Assembly: GCA_965153285.1 (NCBI GenBank) | Contig: OZ229119.1 | DNA: 64,000 bases | Direction: 5' to 3' (one strand) | Origin: Podarcis tiliguerta | Lineage: Eukaryota | Part shown: one piece after another, positions 37,196 to 50,256 of the stretch | How positions within the stretch are numbered: the first letter of the stretch is position 1 | Layout: each line of letters begins with the position of its first letter | Translations under genes and position numbers: made by a program | Notes under the pieces: model-generated | The model's database searches: none | Told to the model about the DNA's origin: nothing | The model's input: the letters and a program-made list of their open reading frames with translations, nothing else

Positions 37196-38679
37196 TAAAA
37201 CTCACATGAGTTGTGACTGTACTGCGACAGCCCTGCCTTGCTTAGCTGGATCAAGATAATACCTGCAACATGTCTCATGGCCAACTCAGGATTTTGATAT
37301 GGTTGCCAAACATTATTATTTCTAGTTGTACAACTAGGAACACAGCCTTATACCGGTTCAGATTATTTGCCATCAAGGCCAGGACTGTCTAATTCAACCC
37401 ACAGCATGTGTCTAGGATCTCAAGCAGAGGTCATTCCCATCAGCTTCTTTTATCCATTTCCATCACCTATCATACCCTTTTAACTGAAGTTGCCAGGGAC
37501 TGAGTTGGGGACATTTTGCATGCAAACCATGTGTTTTAACCATTGGAGAATGGCCCTTCTTCATGCTGGCATGATATATATCTCACCTCAAACAATGTTC
37601 AGAATTGAGTGCAATAATCCTTTGGATTTCACACTTCTCCAATTTTCGTAATGCAGTTCTCAGCTCAAATAATGGACATGCTTAAAAACAAATATTGTAG
37701 AAGGTTGCTCTTTGAGCTCAAATACATGTTTAAATATATGGATTTCTTTTTAAAAGTCGCCAATTGATGCAGAAATGTGACATAAAAACATATGAAGCTG
37801 TCACAGACTGGAAATAGAATCAACCATCCACCCTTTCCTCCTAAAATCAGAAAAGGAAGGTGATGTCTTATCCTTTGGTTTGATCTCAAAACCAGGAATT
37901 CAGATCTATATTGCCTCCATCCACAGAGGTACCATTGAATTATTGTGGTTAAGAGTCACTGACAGACAGATCTATTTCCTATGAATTTCTTAGATCCACT
38001 TTCTAAGTTACCTAGGCTTGTGGGCATCATCACGTCATACACAAGTAAACCCTATAACTGAATACGTGGTGAATCTGCTGGTTCTTGTTCTCCATGAAAT
38101 TCTAGTGTGCTTTGCAAATTCAGACTCATAGGTTCTGCCCCATGCAGAGGCTGGCCAATAAATGCTCTCATCATACTCCCCAGGTGCCTTTCCCCAAATA
38201 AGATAACTTGATTATGTGTGTGTGATGTAATTTGGCAGGCCCCAGAGAAAATATATATCCTTTTAGGCAATCCAAATTGACTTTGCAACTTATAAGCATT
38301 TATGTTCCTCCCTCCTCGCTAATATAGAAAGTGACAATGGAAATTTGAAACAATCCTTCTCACTATTACAAATGTACACATGGTGCAAATTATGGTTTAT
38401 ATACCTAAGCCATTAGACATACTTTCTTGGTATACTTTACCCAGTACAGCTGGGTGTGCCACAAATGGTTTACAAACATGTTATGCACCAATGAGTATAT
38501 AACTAAACTATGTAGATATTATAAACATTTCCATTTTCATCTAGCAGGTTTTTTCCTTAATTGAGCTAAATTGATTAAGACTTATCAGTTTAATAAACAG
38601 ATTGCCCTGCCAACTTCTGGCTTTCCTTCCCAGCTCTTTGTTTACAGCACTTCACTGCATATTACAGTCAGATCAGATT

Positions 38680-39135
38680 TATTTATATGGTGATAGACAC
38701 ATTGTAACTGGAGTAACAGGCCCCAAATAAAAGAGTATTACACGTACCAAGAAGCATAATACAAACAAGACATACAAAACCTTCAATCCATCCAAAACCC
38801 ACTCTGAGATCAGAACTCCTATCTTGATAGCCAAACTTAAAAAAAGGATATCCTCTTGACCTCTCCCTTCATACAGAATTCCAACATAATGCTGATCTGG
38901 CTAACAGGTAAATGCTTTTCAAAAGGGCAAAGATCTAACCCTTCCTAATGCCATTATATTATATGCAATAAACAAAGGGACTCCTACCAGATCTCGCCAC
39001 AGGAGGCATGCTCTTTCTTCCAATGGGGTCTGGCTAAATCAACCCTCCATTAATGCTCCTGGCAGGAGATTAGGGTGCACCACTATAAATGCTCTTCACA
39101 ATTTAGGGAAGGTAAGAGAGTTTAGATACTTGTTG
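38680..39135 (-). mobile_element. RTE-X-like LINE 3' relic
   Basis: Minus translation KYLNSLTFPKL*RAFIVVHPNLLPGALMEG*FSQTPLEERAC resembles the region preceding the C-terminal Zn-knuckle of RTE-X elements. Confidence 0.6.
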
Positions 39136-39259
39136 ATCTGAAAAGATTTCCTGTCATCCAAACACAAATATATTGGGGAACAAGTTCCGAAAGAAGGGGC
39201 CTTCAACTAACCCCTGAAAATCCATGTCCTTAACTTGTGTGCCCAGTGCAATCTCCAGC

Positions 39260-39595
39260 CCAGTATAGCTGAAGAAGCGTCTCCACCCCCATCGTTCTGC
39301 CCGGACACTGAGGTCCAGCGCCAAGGGCCTTCTGGCAGTTCCCTCACTGCAAGAAGCAAAGCTACAGGGAACCAGGCAGAGGGCCTTCTCAGTAGTGGCA
39401 CCCACCCTATGGAACACCCTTCCATCAGATGTCAAGGAAATAAACAACTATCTGACATTTAGAAGACATCTTAAGGCAGGCCTGTTTAGGGAAGTTTTTA
39501 ATGACTGATGTTTTAATGTATTTTTAATCTCTTGTTGGAAGCCGCCCAGAGTGGCTGGGGAAACCCAGCCAGATGTGCAGAGTATAAGTAATAAA
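39260..39595 (+). mobile_element. L2 LINE 3' end
   Basis: TRQRAFSVVAPTLWNTLPSDVKE...FRRHLK, then a 3' UTR with GAAGCCGCCCAGAGTGGCTGGGG and a simple-repeat tail. Confidence 0.85.
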
Positions 39596-39640
39596 TCATC
39601 ATCATCATCATCATCATCACCACCACCACCACCATCATCA
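39596..39640. repeat. (CAT)n(CAC)n compound microsatellite
   Basis: Directly visible; derived from the LINE tail. Confidence 0.9.
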
Positions 39641-41243
39641 TTATATTACACCTCTACATTATGCACTCACCCAGAGCACACCTTCCAGGTGCATCGCCCA
39701 ACCCCACCTAGTCCTCAGGTTTTCATTCCACATTCATTCCCCCTCTTTAACAACTGCCATTTTCAAATGATTGTTATAGTGTATTGGTTCCAAAAACTGC
39801 AGAAGGTCAGCCGTGCAACTGATATCATCTATCTTGTTTTCTGATACATCCTGTAAAAACCTTTAAGGGGCTGACCTAAACATCATAGCTTGTTTCATGG
39901 AGGGTTGAAGTGTGAGGGGGACTTTGAATATTTGGCAAATTTTTTATCCCCTAAATTCAAGGAGAGGAAATTTGTGTGAATGGAGCTCACTCAGTTTTGA
40001 GTGATTCGTGTCACCATGAAAAGTGCCTTCCTACATCCCTAAAGAGAGCAAAATATATCTCCCTGAAAAGATGCTAGTGCCCTCTTCATTTTTCTAAACA
40101 GTCTAAACATGATGTGATCCTGGCTCTCACTGATTTATGAGGTGTTCAGACTGAAAAGATTTCCTTTGTGGATCCCTGCATGTGAATATGTTTACTGAAA
40201 TGAAATAGCACAGACTCATTTAGTGAAATCTAGAAATTATGTCCACTAAAATGAAATGCTTGCCAAACTGTTTAATGAAATATTATGAGGAGTTTTAAAT
40301 AAGTAAGAAAAAAAGGTATATTCCACGCACTCAGACTATCTGATTTTAAGTCACTTCCAGTATTGGATAAATGAAGTCTATTTTGAGAGGGAAATTTTGG
40401 GAGTGGTTTAACCATCAGGCCCTCTTCAAAGGGAACTTTGGGAAGTCTTAACTCTATGAGAAAATTAGAGGTCTCAGAACTCTTAACAAACTACAGCTCC
40501 CAGAATTCTCTGTGAGAAGCGATGGATGATTGAAGTGTTATCACAATGCTTAAAAAATATGTTGTGTGCAGCCCATGTTTAACAACAGCAATCAAACCCT
40601 GCACTAGCGTGCTTGTTGACAAAATATAAGCTCAGTCATCCCACTGATACTTGTCAAAATGGACTTGAATAAAACTATTTAAAATATTCATAGTTCATTA
40701 TGCTTTTGTTTTTAGAATAGCTTCTGAAGTGATATCCTGCAATCATATGGTTGGTGTTCTTACATTCGCATAAACTAAACCGTGACTAGCTTTGTTAACT
40801 ACTATATAAAGGCCAACATTATTAGGGATGTTTTCCTGGAGTAATTGTTACAAAATAGGCAAAGTAGCAATTAAAAACCGATGGCTGTTCAAGACCTAAG
40901 GGCCAAAAATCATGTAACAATAAATGGGTCACCATACCAAGTAAATCTAAACTGCTCCATGAGAAGCCTAGACTGTTAGGCTTCTAGCAGTTTAGGCTGA
41001 AGTTCTTCCATTTTCTTAAAAACTCCCAGGAACTTCAACAGAGATAAAGCACTCCAAGTTTAACTGTCTGCTAAAACAAGCTCTTTTAGTCAACTACATT
41101 TGCTAAGCAGATACAGGCATGTCCTTTCTCATGTTCATGTTGCTTTTTTTAAAAAAGACTCTCCTATTACCTATATGAGAAAATGGAGAAGGTGATTCAA
41201 TAAATTCAGCAGGCACAAAGGGGTTTAGAAAGAAATCAAGTAC

Positions 41244-41262
41244 TGCCTGCCATCTAGTGTTC
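41244..41262 (-). promoter_or_regulatory. CTCF-like motif
   Basis: Minus strand GAACACTAGATGGCAGGCA. Confidence 0.4.
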
Positions 41263-41815
41263 TGACAGAGGATGTGAATACAGATTCTTAGGGGGGGAGT
41301 TGAGGGGGTGGAAGTGCATGGCCTTTTTGAAAACAGCATATTCCCTTGAAGAATTTAGGAATTATGAACATATGAACCATCCTTATACTGAGAACAGCAG
41401 AGAAAGAGAGAGAGAGAGAGTATAGACACACACACAAACATTATACATATAAAAATCTTACATATGCAAAGTATGTGTGCTATGCCCGAGCAAAGTATCC
41501 ATGCAACAAATGAACCCTTCTTTTAATGAACCACATTTGTTTCCATTTTATGCAAAATGATGTTAATAAAATATACATTTAGAAGAACCTCAGGTGGGAG
41601 CGTTTTGACAGTGGATGCAAGACCAACCTTGGCTTCTATATTGCATGTGCAACTACTATTTGTAATCTTTCAGCCTGTGTACAGCAATATATTTTGTATG
41701 TTTTAGCCTCTCCCACTGTGTAGCTGGGATCATAATGGTTTCAATGGGGCAACCTACAAAACAGTAATCGTGTGCAGTAGTTTATAGTACTGAGTATTCA
41801 AAACTGAGGGAGCAA

Positions 41816-41834
41816 TGGTGCCACCAAGTGGCCA
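41816..41834 (-). promoter_or_regulatory. CTCF-like motif (strong)
   Basis: Minus strand TGGCCACTTGGTGGCACCA, compared with consensus TGGCCAC/GCAG(A/G)(T/G)GGC(A/G)C. Confidence 0.55.
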
Positions 41835-42710
41835 GTAAGACTGTGTACTTAATCAAAAACAGTTACCGGTATGTTCTTCTGCTCAGTGTAAAAATGATTT
41901 AAAATATTATCAGTGTTATACCATAGATAAAAATAAATAGGATAACAGTGCATTTAAATTGTGCAGCTTAACATTTCTAGATAAGAGGACTAGGGAACAT
42001 GTGTGCCTTAGTGTAAAAAAACTCCCCCCCCCCCAAGCTTTAAAAGGCAGTATATATTTCTGTGTATCTCCCTCCCCCCTGGTTTCTTGGCACGTGCTAC
42101 TCTATTAAAAGCCTAACTAATCTGTTTGTTAATATTATGCCTATGTACATTTTAAAGGCTCCTACAGGAAATCAATATGGTGATATTTAAGAATTGTCGT
42201 GTTTCTTTTTATGTACAGGAATGAGCGGAAGGTAGGCTATGATTGATTGGAAGATTTTGAGACAGAGTGATTTGTAATCAATTACCAAGAATTACTCTCT
42301 CCCAATTTTTGCATCATAGCAGCAATAGAAAGGCCTTTCCCCCTCTATCTAAAATTAGGCTGCTGAGATTATGAAAGCTGTAAGATGGGGGTCCAGGAGA
42401 GGATTGTTGTGTGACAGACAGGACTGTGAGTTTGGTTCCAGTACTGAAAACCAATTTCTGGTTTGAGCATGTGCACAGGGGCATCCTGTTCCTTAATTCT
42501 GTGTTAAAGAATTCCCTGCCCCTTGAGCCACTACTTTGCACCTGGCTTTGACTGGGTTTCTATTAAAAGTGGGAAGCATAGTTTCTGCAAGCCTGAAGTC
42601 AACCATCTATCTAGTTTCTCTAAATCGCCGCACCAGCAAAATTCAGTTACAACCTACTCCAACTGGCAGTGACAGTCTTGAGGCTCCTCCAGTTGTTTGA
42701 CAGCAGAACA

Positions 42711-42845
42711 GACTCCCTCTGAAGTTCCTTGGAGGTTTTTAAGTAGAGGTTGGATGGCCATTTGTCATGAATGCTTTAGATGAGATTCCTGCATTGCAGG
42801 GGGTGAGACAAGATGGCCATTCGGTACCTTCCAACTCTGATTCAA
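42711..42845 (+). mobile_element. CR1 3' fragment
   Basis: TTGGAGGTTTTTAAGTAGAGGTTGGATGGCCAT...GATTCCTGCATTGCAGGGGG...CCTTCCAACTCT. Confidence 0.85.
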
Positions 42846-43342
42846 TATTACTGCTGGCCGCTTGGACACTTTAGCTAACTTTTTTAAAACAACAACCCCC
42901 CACTTGTGTAACATTCTTCTGTTAAGACCTTTACACAGGGCAGACTCTTGGTCCAACCCTTCCTCTGATCTTCACTAGCAATATATTGTTTACACACCAA
43001 GGATGAATACCTTAATATTCAGGTCTCTGCTATCCACCTTGACTGCAGCTCTCTAGCCTTTGCCTCACACCTCCTTCATCAACTGATTTTCCCAATGCCT
43101 TTTCCCAACTGGTAGTTATTTTTCTTGACAGCTGAGTGCCCATTCTTCACTAACCAGAACCTCCAGCTTATCAGTCTGCCGTTTCCCAGAGCAATCAAAA
43201 TGAATTTACCTGATCCAAGACCTGTCTAAAGACCCATTAAAAACAATAGTTTCTCTCTCCTGTTTCAGAACTTGTTACCAATCAGCTACTGCTAAACAGT
43301 CCTGCACAACACCTCAAATTTTGACAGTTTCATATTGACACC

Positions 43343-43491
43343 CAATGCTTTTTTTCTTTAAAAAAATTGTTTAGGAGTACTCTCATTTTCCTACTCATAT
43401 TGAAATACTGCCCCTCAGTGAGGCCAAACTTAGATTCACAAAATGTTTAGGGGTATGCATCCCCCTGCATCCCCCCAGAAAAAAAGCACCG
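43343..43491. mobile_element. hAT MITE
   Basis: TIRs CAATGCTTTTTTT / AAAAAAAGCACCG. TSD TTGACACC / CTGACACC (7/8). Confidence 0.8.
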
Positions 43492-43502
43492 CTGACACCA
43501 GT

Positions 43503-43578
43503 CCCACATTGGGCAAAAATATTCCTGAATTGCAGGGGGTTGGACTAGATGGCCCTTTCCAACTCTACAATTCTGTGA
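43503..43578 (+). mobile_element. 5'-truncated tRNA-Lys/CR1-tail SINE
   Basis: CCCACATTGGGC (tRNA-Lys 3' end) joined to ATTCCTGAATTGCAGGGGGTTGGACTAGATG (CR1 tail). Same junction as the copy at 6543. Confidence 0.65.
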
Positions 43579-46044
43579 AGAGCAACAGAGGTCACATAAT
43601 TTCCACCCTCCAAAGCACAAAACATAAATAGGCATAGGACCCATCTGCACTATGTTTAAATCAGTATTATACCACTTTAATCCAAACTGTAATTTGTTAA
43701 AGGTGCTGAGAATTGTTAGGCGACCCCTATTCCTCTCACAGAGCTATTATTCTCAGCATGGTTTAATTGTCAGTGGCCTGACCTCTGCTTGATTTTCTTT
43801 TCCTCTCCAGTATTTTATTTTGTTCATTGTTATATATTTTTCTGATATTTTGACTAATTTCTATCATGGATTTTATGCATTTCTTTTTTCCTGTATGATT
43901 CCAACCACCTAGAAACCTTCATTTAAAGTGGAACAAAGACATAAACAAAAATAACCTGAGATCTATAAACAAGGGTTTTTTGGATGGTACAAAATTTGAC
44001 CTAAGTACTGCTGATTCCTGGAAAATCAGAAAGCTGTAAATAAAGCGATCTGCTTTGAAAGAGCTTATCAAGCTGTTAGAGGAATAAAATAATGAACCAT
44101 ACAGAGAAACATTTATTTCCACAGCAAGCAAAATATCATAGATAGCCAGTGGCAATTTCTGGAGCTGAGGATGAAATCCCAAATATGTGTAGGAAAGTCA
44201 TAAGAACTGGTGTGTGTGTCACAAAGTTGTTTTTTTCAAGAGGCCTTCAGGTCAATGTAGTCAAAAGAACAGATTCAGTGAGGGGGAAAGGTCACCAGGG
44301 CATCCATAAGGCATACAAAATAGGAATAATTATAATAATCTTATTATTGAAACCAGACCATGTAAAATATAAATGGTGTATTGACTCAGAAAAGCTGGTG
44401 TACTTACATCAACATACTAAGTACTGCACACTTGGTCTTATTAAAATTTTCACCTATTTCACTACAGGAGATTATAATAATCCTCAGTGTAGTTTTTCAA
44501 TCATGTGCTCAGTTTTTATGGTCCAGTTTACAAAAAGATAAAACAAGAAAAAAATACAACCATACTAACATCTCCCCTAGATATTACCATTGAAATAAAT
44601 GAATAGCATAATTAAGCTGGAAAACATGGCTTTTTAAAGCAAAATTTCTGTGGAAAAACAACCTGACCCACCTACCTATTTGATCTGCTGACAATCTCTG
44701 ACAGTCAGATGCATCTCAGTTAGCCAAATCATATTTTACTCTCCTGGGATTGCTTTTGGCAAGCTTTTTCCACGTGGGAGGAAATGTGTTAGGGGAAAAA
44801 CACATCAGTGAAACTTCAAAGCAGCAGCTTAAGGTGATCTTTTCATTTTCTTGAATGACGAACTGGCTCTGCAGTGCGGCTGAAGAGCATGCTGTGCTCT
44901 TCATGCCTAAGGTGCCTTTTAGCCTATGAACAAGGTAAATTAATGGAAATCACAATGGAAGCAAGTAAAACGTTCTGGCAGAAATGCTTGTATACTTTGT
45001 CTCAAGCATCTTTTGTACTCCTCTTCAAGTTTGGTTCCCTCCAGTTGGTTTGGTCAAATAAGAACCAATGTCTAGATGCATAATGACTGTGTGGAGGTTG
45101 GGGCACTACCTCGCACCTCAGTGTGAACAGGGATTCTGCAGCTCTGGCAGTTCTTAAAGCTGATCACACACACAACTTTTCTACCTTTCCTCTAGGAATA
45201 AAGCTACAAAAAAGAAAAAAAGAAAAAGAAAATGCTTCATGACCACTATTGGGGTTCTTCCATTAATAGCCTGGGTGACGTGCAGGTAGGTTCAAACATT
45301 ATCAAGCCAGAAACTGGCAGCCCATATAGGTCAGAATAAAGACTTAATACTGCTTCAGAACAATATGTTGTTTTAACAACTCTCAGCTCGTCTCTGTTTA
45401 GTACATCTGGAATTTGGGGAGTAGGGGAGGGGAAAATCACGTGAGAGTTAGCTTCCCTGACATCTTTCTGGCTTGATTATGAATATAGAAACAGGTCTTA
45501 TAATGAATCAAAATGGTCTATTCAGCTTGGTATTGTCTACAGCAGCTGTCAATGGTTTGCCATGGCTTCAGAAAGAGGAGCCTTCCCCAATCCCGGTTGA
45601 CAATACCTTCCTCATGGGAAGCAGAATTTTCCATGAAGGTGGAAACTTGATTTGACAATTGGCCAACTGAAATAATGTGCCTCCTAAATAATAAATACTT
45701 CCAACATTTTACACCTAGAATTTATTTAGCAACTGGAGACACTGCACCATTTTGCTTACCCTCATTTATTTAATAATACTTCAAATAGGGAAGAAAACAT
45801 CTATTGTACTCACACTATAAAGTCTTTTGCCAAGCTGCCAGTTTCAGAACCCTATTCAACCACGAAATTCACTAATAGCTTTGGGGGAGTTACTGCCCAT
45901 TAATCAAGCCTACTTCACTGGGTTGTAGGAGAATGAAATGAGAATATATTGTAACAAAACCATAGATTTTAGGGGGGGAAAGAAAGTCAAAAGTTAGTAA
46001 GTTCTAGTAATGCTTACCTACTGAATGTGAAATTTTAATAAAAA

Positions 46045-46183
46045 ATAGACTCGTAGATGCTGCAAGTCTCAACACTGAACATTCAGCGTATAGCTGTGCA
46101 AGGTATTTTCCATTTTCCTTTCTCCGAAAACTGCACTGCACTGACAATACAGTGTTGAGACTTGCAGCATCTACGAGTTCTAT
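46045..46183. repeat. Inverted repeat with 29-bp perfect arms and 72-bp spacer
   Basis: ACTCGTAGATGCTGCAAGTCTCAACACTG (46049-46077) is the exact reverse complement of 46150-46178. Confidence 0.95.
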
Positions 46184-47433
46184 GTTTCCATTCCACCTCC
46201 CTTCTCTTTTCTGCCATTGCCTCATGATCGCAAGTATTTGTGACCTACAGCTGTAAGGGCTTGAAGCCCAAAGCACCCAAAAAATCTCTACATATGGCAT
46301 CACTCTCTTGGCCGATTGACTGAGCTGCATGTAATCTAACGTGACTGATATGCTCAGATGTGATGTGACACATCTCTGTGCAGGCTGTGGTGCTGTAAAC
46401 CATTTTATAAGTCAGTTTAATTAGAACGATGAGCTGCTTAGTAGGCTGACTACCCCATCACTGGGACACTATAATGCGGCAGCAGTCCTATGCTACTATC
46501 AGCAGCAAAGCTAAATCACAAGGATAGCTATAAAAGCAAAAACTGATACACCACCAGCTTCTACAAAATCCTTGGCAGCTCCTTTCACCAACCACTGTGA
46601 TGCTTGCCAATCATGACTCTTCAACAGCCATGCTTGGAAAGCATCAGAGCCGCCACCTAGAAACTTTGGGTAATTAAGCAGTATATAAGTAGCTCAAACA
46701 AATAAATACATGGGTGGCAACTGCTGGAGCATTAGGCAGATGTCACAGAGCCTAGTCCTTCAACAATGCAAACTCAGACACACTGCTAGGAAGGGTACCT
46801 TGGAGAAGAAAAGTTGTCCCAAGCAGTTTTGGTTTTTATTTAGAAGCCCTAAACATTTCTCTTTATAAATAAGTTCCTCAAAACTCATTCAGAACCATGT
46901 ACTATGGGGTGCTGTCCTCTTTGTTGCTGTTGTTCCTATACTGATTAGGCCCTAGGTGGTGCTGTAGCCCAGTGGGAAAGTTTAGGCTTAGAATTCAAGA
47001 GAGATTGGGTAAGATCCTTGGCTATAACCTTTCCAGGGAAAGGGCTGGAGCGCAGCTCTCCAGGATTTCAGGAAATACTGAGACTGAAACTAGGGCTTTT
47101 TGCACACAAAGCAGGTGCTGTACTGTTAAGCTCTTCCCCGTTGACTGGAAGAAGCAGGACTCCAGACCACCGAGCGAGGGAGAGCTAGGATATGCAGACA
47201 GTTATAGACCTTGGAATGGTTTTTACAAGTGCTTTCCATGCAGAAACAAAGGAAAAGTCCATGGCTTGATGAATAAGGGAGGAAGAGGTTGCATGTGACT
47301 GACTTTTCTACACTGGGTAGAATATTTTATTGCATTTCCCCTTTAGGTCTCCAGGAAGGCCATCAATAGGTGTATATTGAAGCTTTGATTGGCCTGGAAC
47401 TGTGTGGATAATGGTTGTTTATATCATCTGGAG

Positions 47434-47569
47434 CAGGCATCCCAAACCTTTGGCCCTCCAGACGTTTTGGACTACAATTCCCATCATCCCTGACCACTGG
47501 TCCTGTTAGCTAGGGATCATGGGAGTTGTAGGCCAAAACATCTGGAGGGCCACAGGTTGGGGATGCCTG
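47434..47569. mobile_element. Palindromic hAT MITE (136 bp)
   Basis: TIRs CAGGCATCCC / GGGATGCCTG. Perfect 8-bp TSD ATCTGGAG. Confidence 0.9.
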
Positions 47570-49671
47570 ATCTGGAGGGTCAACAGTATCTGAAGAGAGG
47601 GTGGGAGACTTCTCTGAACCAACAGGATATTTGTACATTTGCAGCCAAATTCACCCTTTGTGACTGCTCCTGTGCCAGATCACCTTTTCATTCAGAAAAA
47701 GAGAGAAAGAGAAGACTTTTTGAGTCAAGGTTAAGGGAAAGCACTCAAAATGGCAGGGGAATGAAATCTCATGGCCCCAGCGCCCTGAAGTCCTTATTTC
47801 TAAACCTGAAAATATGAGTGCTTTCCCTAAGGGAGGGGGAATATGGCTCCACTGACTGCTATGGAGAGTCCTCTGCATGCAGATGTTGCACCCGGATGAG
47901 GAAGGATGATAGTCTATGTTTTCACCATCTGTCAACATGATTAGAAATAGTTTCTTGCTACCAATCCTTTGGGGCAGAATTTTAATCTGATTGCATATGC
48001 AGACACAGGAGAGAATAAAGGCAAGATATACCAGACCATAGATTTAAACCTCTAAGCAAATGATCCTGAATGGACTTCTCCTTGCTCTCCTTCCCGTGCA
48101 CATGAATCTGTTTTCTCTCTGGTGTTTTAATCTTGCAAATTCATTTCCCCCCCTCCAATTGGTTTGCTCAGCAGTGATGATTATGCAGGGGAGAAATGGC
48201 AAAGGGGGTCAGGCAGCAAATGAATGAGGAGTGAAATCTCAAAAGATGCTAAATGAATATTTATGCAGCACGATCTTCACTCTCACATCACAGCACATAA
48301 TGGGATCAGCAGAATTCCTGCTGGGTGAGCTGACTCTGTGAAAACTTAGTTTAATCTGTACATTAAGTGGACACCCCACAAGCCAAGAGAGAGCCTTCAA
48401 CACCATGTGAAATATTTATTAAAGATTCTAATTTCGAAATGTGTCTGTATTCCGATAGGTAATAGGAAAGGGGAAGAACCTTGCATAATAATTCAAAGCT
48501 AAAGAAACTGAAGAAAAATGAATAGCTGGAATGATTTTCTGGCTTTGTGAGCGTTTATTAATCTCAAGTATTTCTTTAAGCAAATTAACTTTTATTAGCC
48601 GTTAAAACATGTTGGCCTATGCCTTTAAGCTGGGGTAGCATTCACAGGAGCAGGTTCAGACATGGAACATGGTGCAGCTGCTGTGTGTGTTTGTGAGTGA
48701 CTGAGTGAGTGAGTGAGATGGGAAGTAAGGAACGAGGAAAGGAGGAAAAATCATATTGTAAACTCCTGATGCCTTAGGTGATGTGTCCAACAAAGATAAG
48801 AACTTACATCTAATGTTTATTTTATTAAATTTATATCCTGCCTCCCTAGAGGAAAGAGCCCAAGGCGACATCTTTGTTGATAGCACCACTTTCTAGTTGT
48901 CGCTGAATAACACAGGCAAGTTTCAAGCTCTGCATATACATGTATATTTGGATCAGATTTTCCTATGGTTTATTCAGATGTGAAGTTCAAAGACTGGCCC
49001 TCCTCTTGATTAAATCCTTTATGAGATTATTCACAATTCAAAGGCAATAGCATAATAATGTAACTGAATTTTACCTGTGCTTATGCTTATTTAATGGGTT
49101 TGTTTTTAAAAGATATATTATTGTTCCTTGCATGTTGTTCTTGTGATATAAGGATGGGATATAAATATTGTTGGAAAAACAAGCACCCACCCAGTTTATC
49201 CATAAGGGATAGTTGCAGGTAGCCTTGTTGTGGAGTTAGAGTATTTGTTTTCAGAGGAGGAAGAATAGATATACTACTGTTTCCCTTTGTCTGTTCAAAG
49301 ACTGAATGACAATGGATACTTAGTTTCATCCCAGCAATGAGTCCCAAGTTTAGACTCAAGTCTTAATCATTTGGTAAAACTCCGAAGAGGATTCTCCATA
49401 TGTTACCTTGTTTCATTTTCTGCTGGATGTCCTTTTCTTTGCAAGTGGATTGTTATTTTCATAGCATGGCATGGTTAGGGGAGAAAGTTGTATCACTGGT
49501 CATTAGTGATGTCACAAGCACTATCCATTAGGTGCCATGAAAATCACATAACCAGACAATCCTGATAATGGCATTCTTACCTATGTTACTATTTATAGTT
49601 ACTATTGCATCCAGTATCAAGGAAAGTTGCTCATGAGTGGGACCATGTCACTGTGCTCATGTCCTGCTTGT

Positions 49672-49923
49672 GAAGAAGAAGAGGAGTTTGGATTTGATAT
49701 CCCGCTTTATCACTACCCGAAGGAATCTCAAAGCGGCTAACAATCTCCTTTTCCCTTCCTCCCCCACAGCACACACTGTGTGAGGTGAGTGAGGCTGAGA
49801 GACTTCAGAGAAGTGTGACTAGCCCAAAGGTCACCCAGCAGCTGCATGTGGAGGAGCAGAGATGGGAACCCAGTTCACCTGATTACGAGTCCACTGCTCT
49901 TAACCACTACACCACACTGGCTC
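49672..49923 (-). mobile_element. tRNA-derived squamate SINE (Squam-type) inserted in an old CR1 3' relic
   Basis: Minus strand GCCAGTGTGGTGTAGTGGTTAAGAGC A-box, GGTTC B-box, CTGGGTGACC core and (CTT)n tail. Confidence 0.9.
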
Positions 49924-50000
49924 TGAGCTTAACAAAGGCAGCTGGTTGGTCACTGTGAGAAGGAGATGCTGGACTGGGTTCCTTCTTGCATTCTTATATA

Positions 50001-50256
50001 CCATATTTTTCGCTCCATAGGGCGCACTGGACCATAGGGCGCACCTAGTTTTTAGGGGGGGGAATAAAGAAAAAAAAATTTGGAGCGCTCCGAAGGCTTG
50101 CGGATAGCTGCCTGAAGCCTGGAGAGCGAGAGGGGTCGGTGCGCCTCTCGCTCTCCAGGCTTCAGCAAAAGCCTGCATTCACTCCATAGGACACACACAC
50201 ATTTCCCCTTCATTTTTGGAGGGGGAAAAGTGCGTCCTATAGAACGAAAAATATGG
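50001..50256. mobile_element. Tc2-like MITE (same ends as the 31441 copy)
   Basis: TA-CCATATTTTTCGCTCCATAGG ... CCTATAGAACGAAAAATATGG-TA. Confidence 0.9.

Noticed and set aside
44205-44270. Second J-segment-like peptide (TKLFFSRGLQVNVVKR)
   Set aside because: No FGxG motif, RSS or splice donor.
48291-48303. 13-nt match to miR-15a (CAGCACATAATGG)
   Set aside because: The 5' and 3' ends of the mature sequence do not match and no complementary arm is visible.
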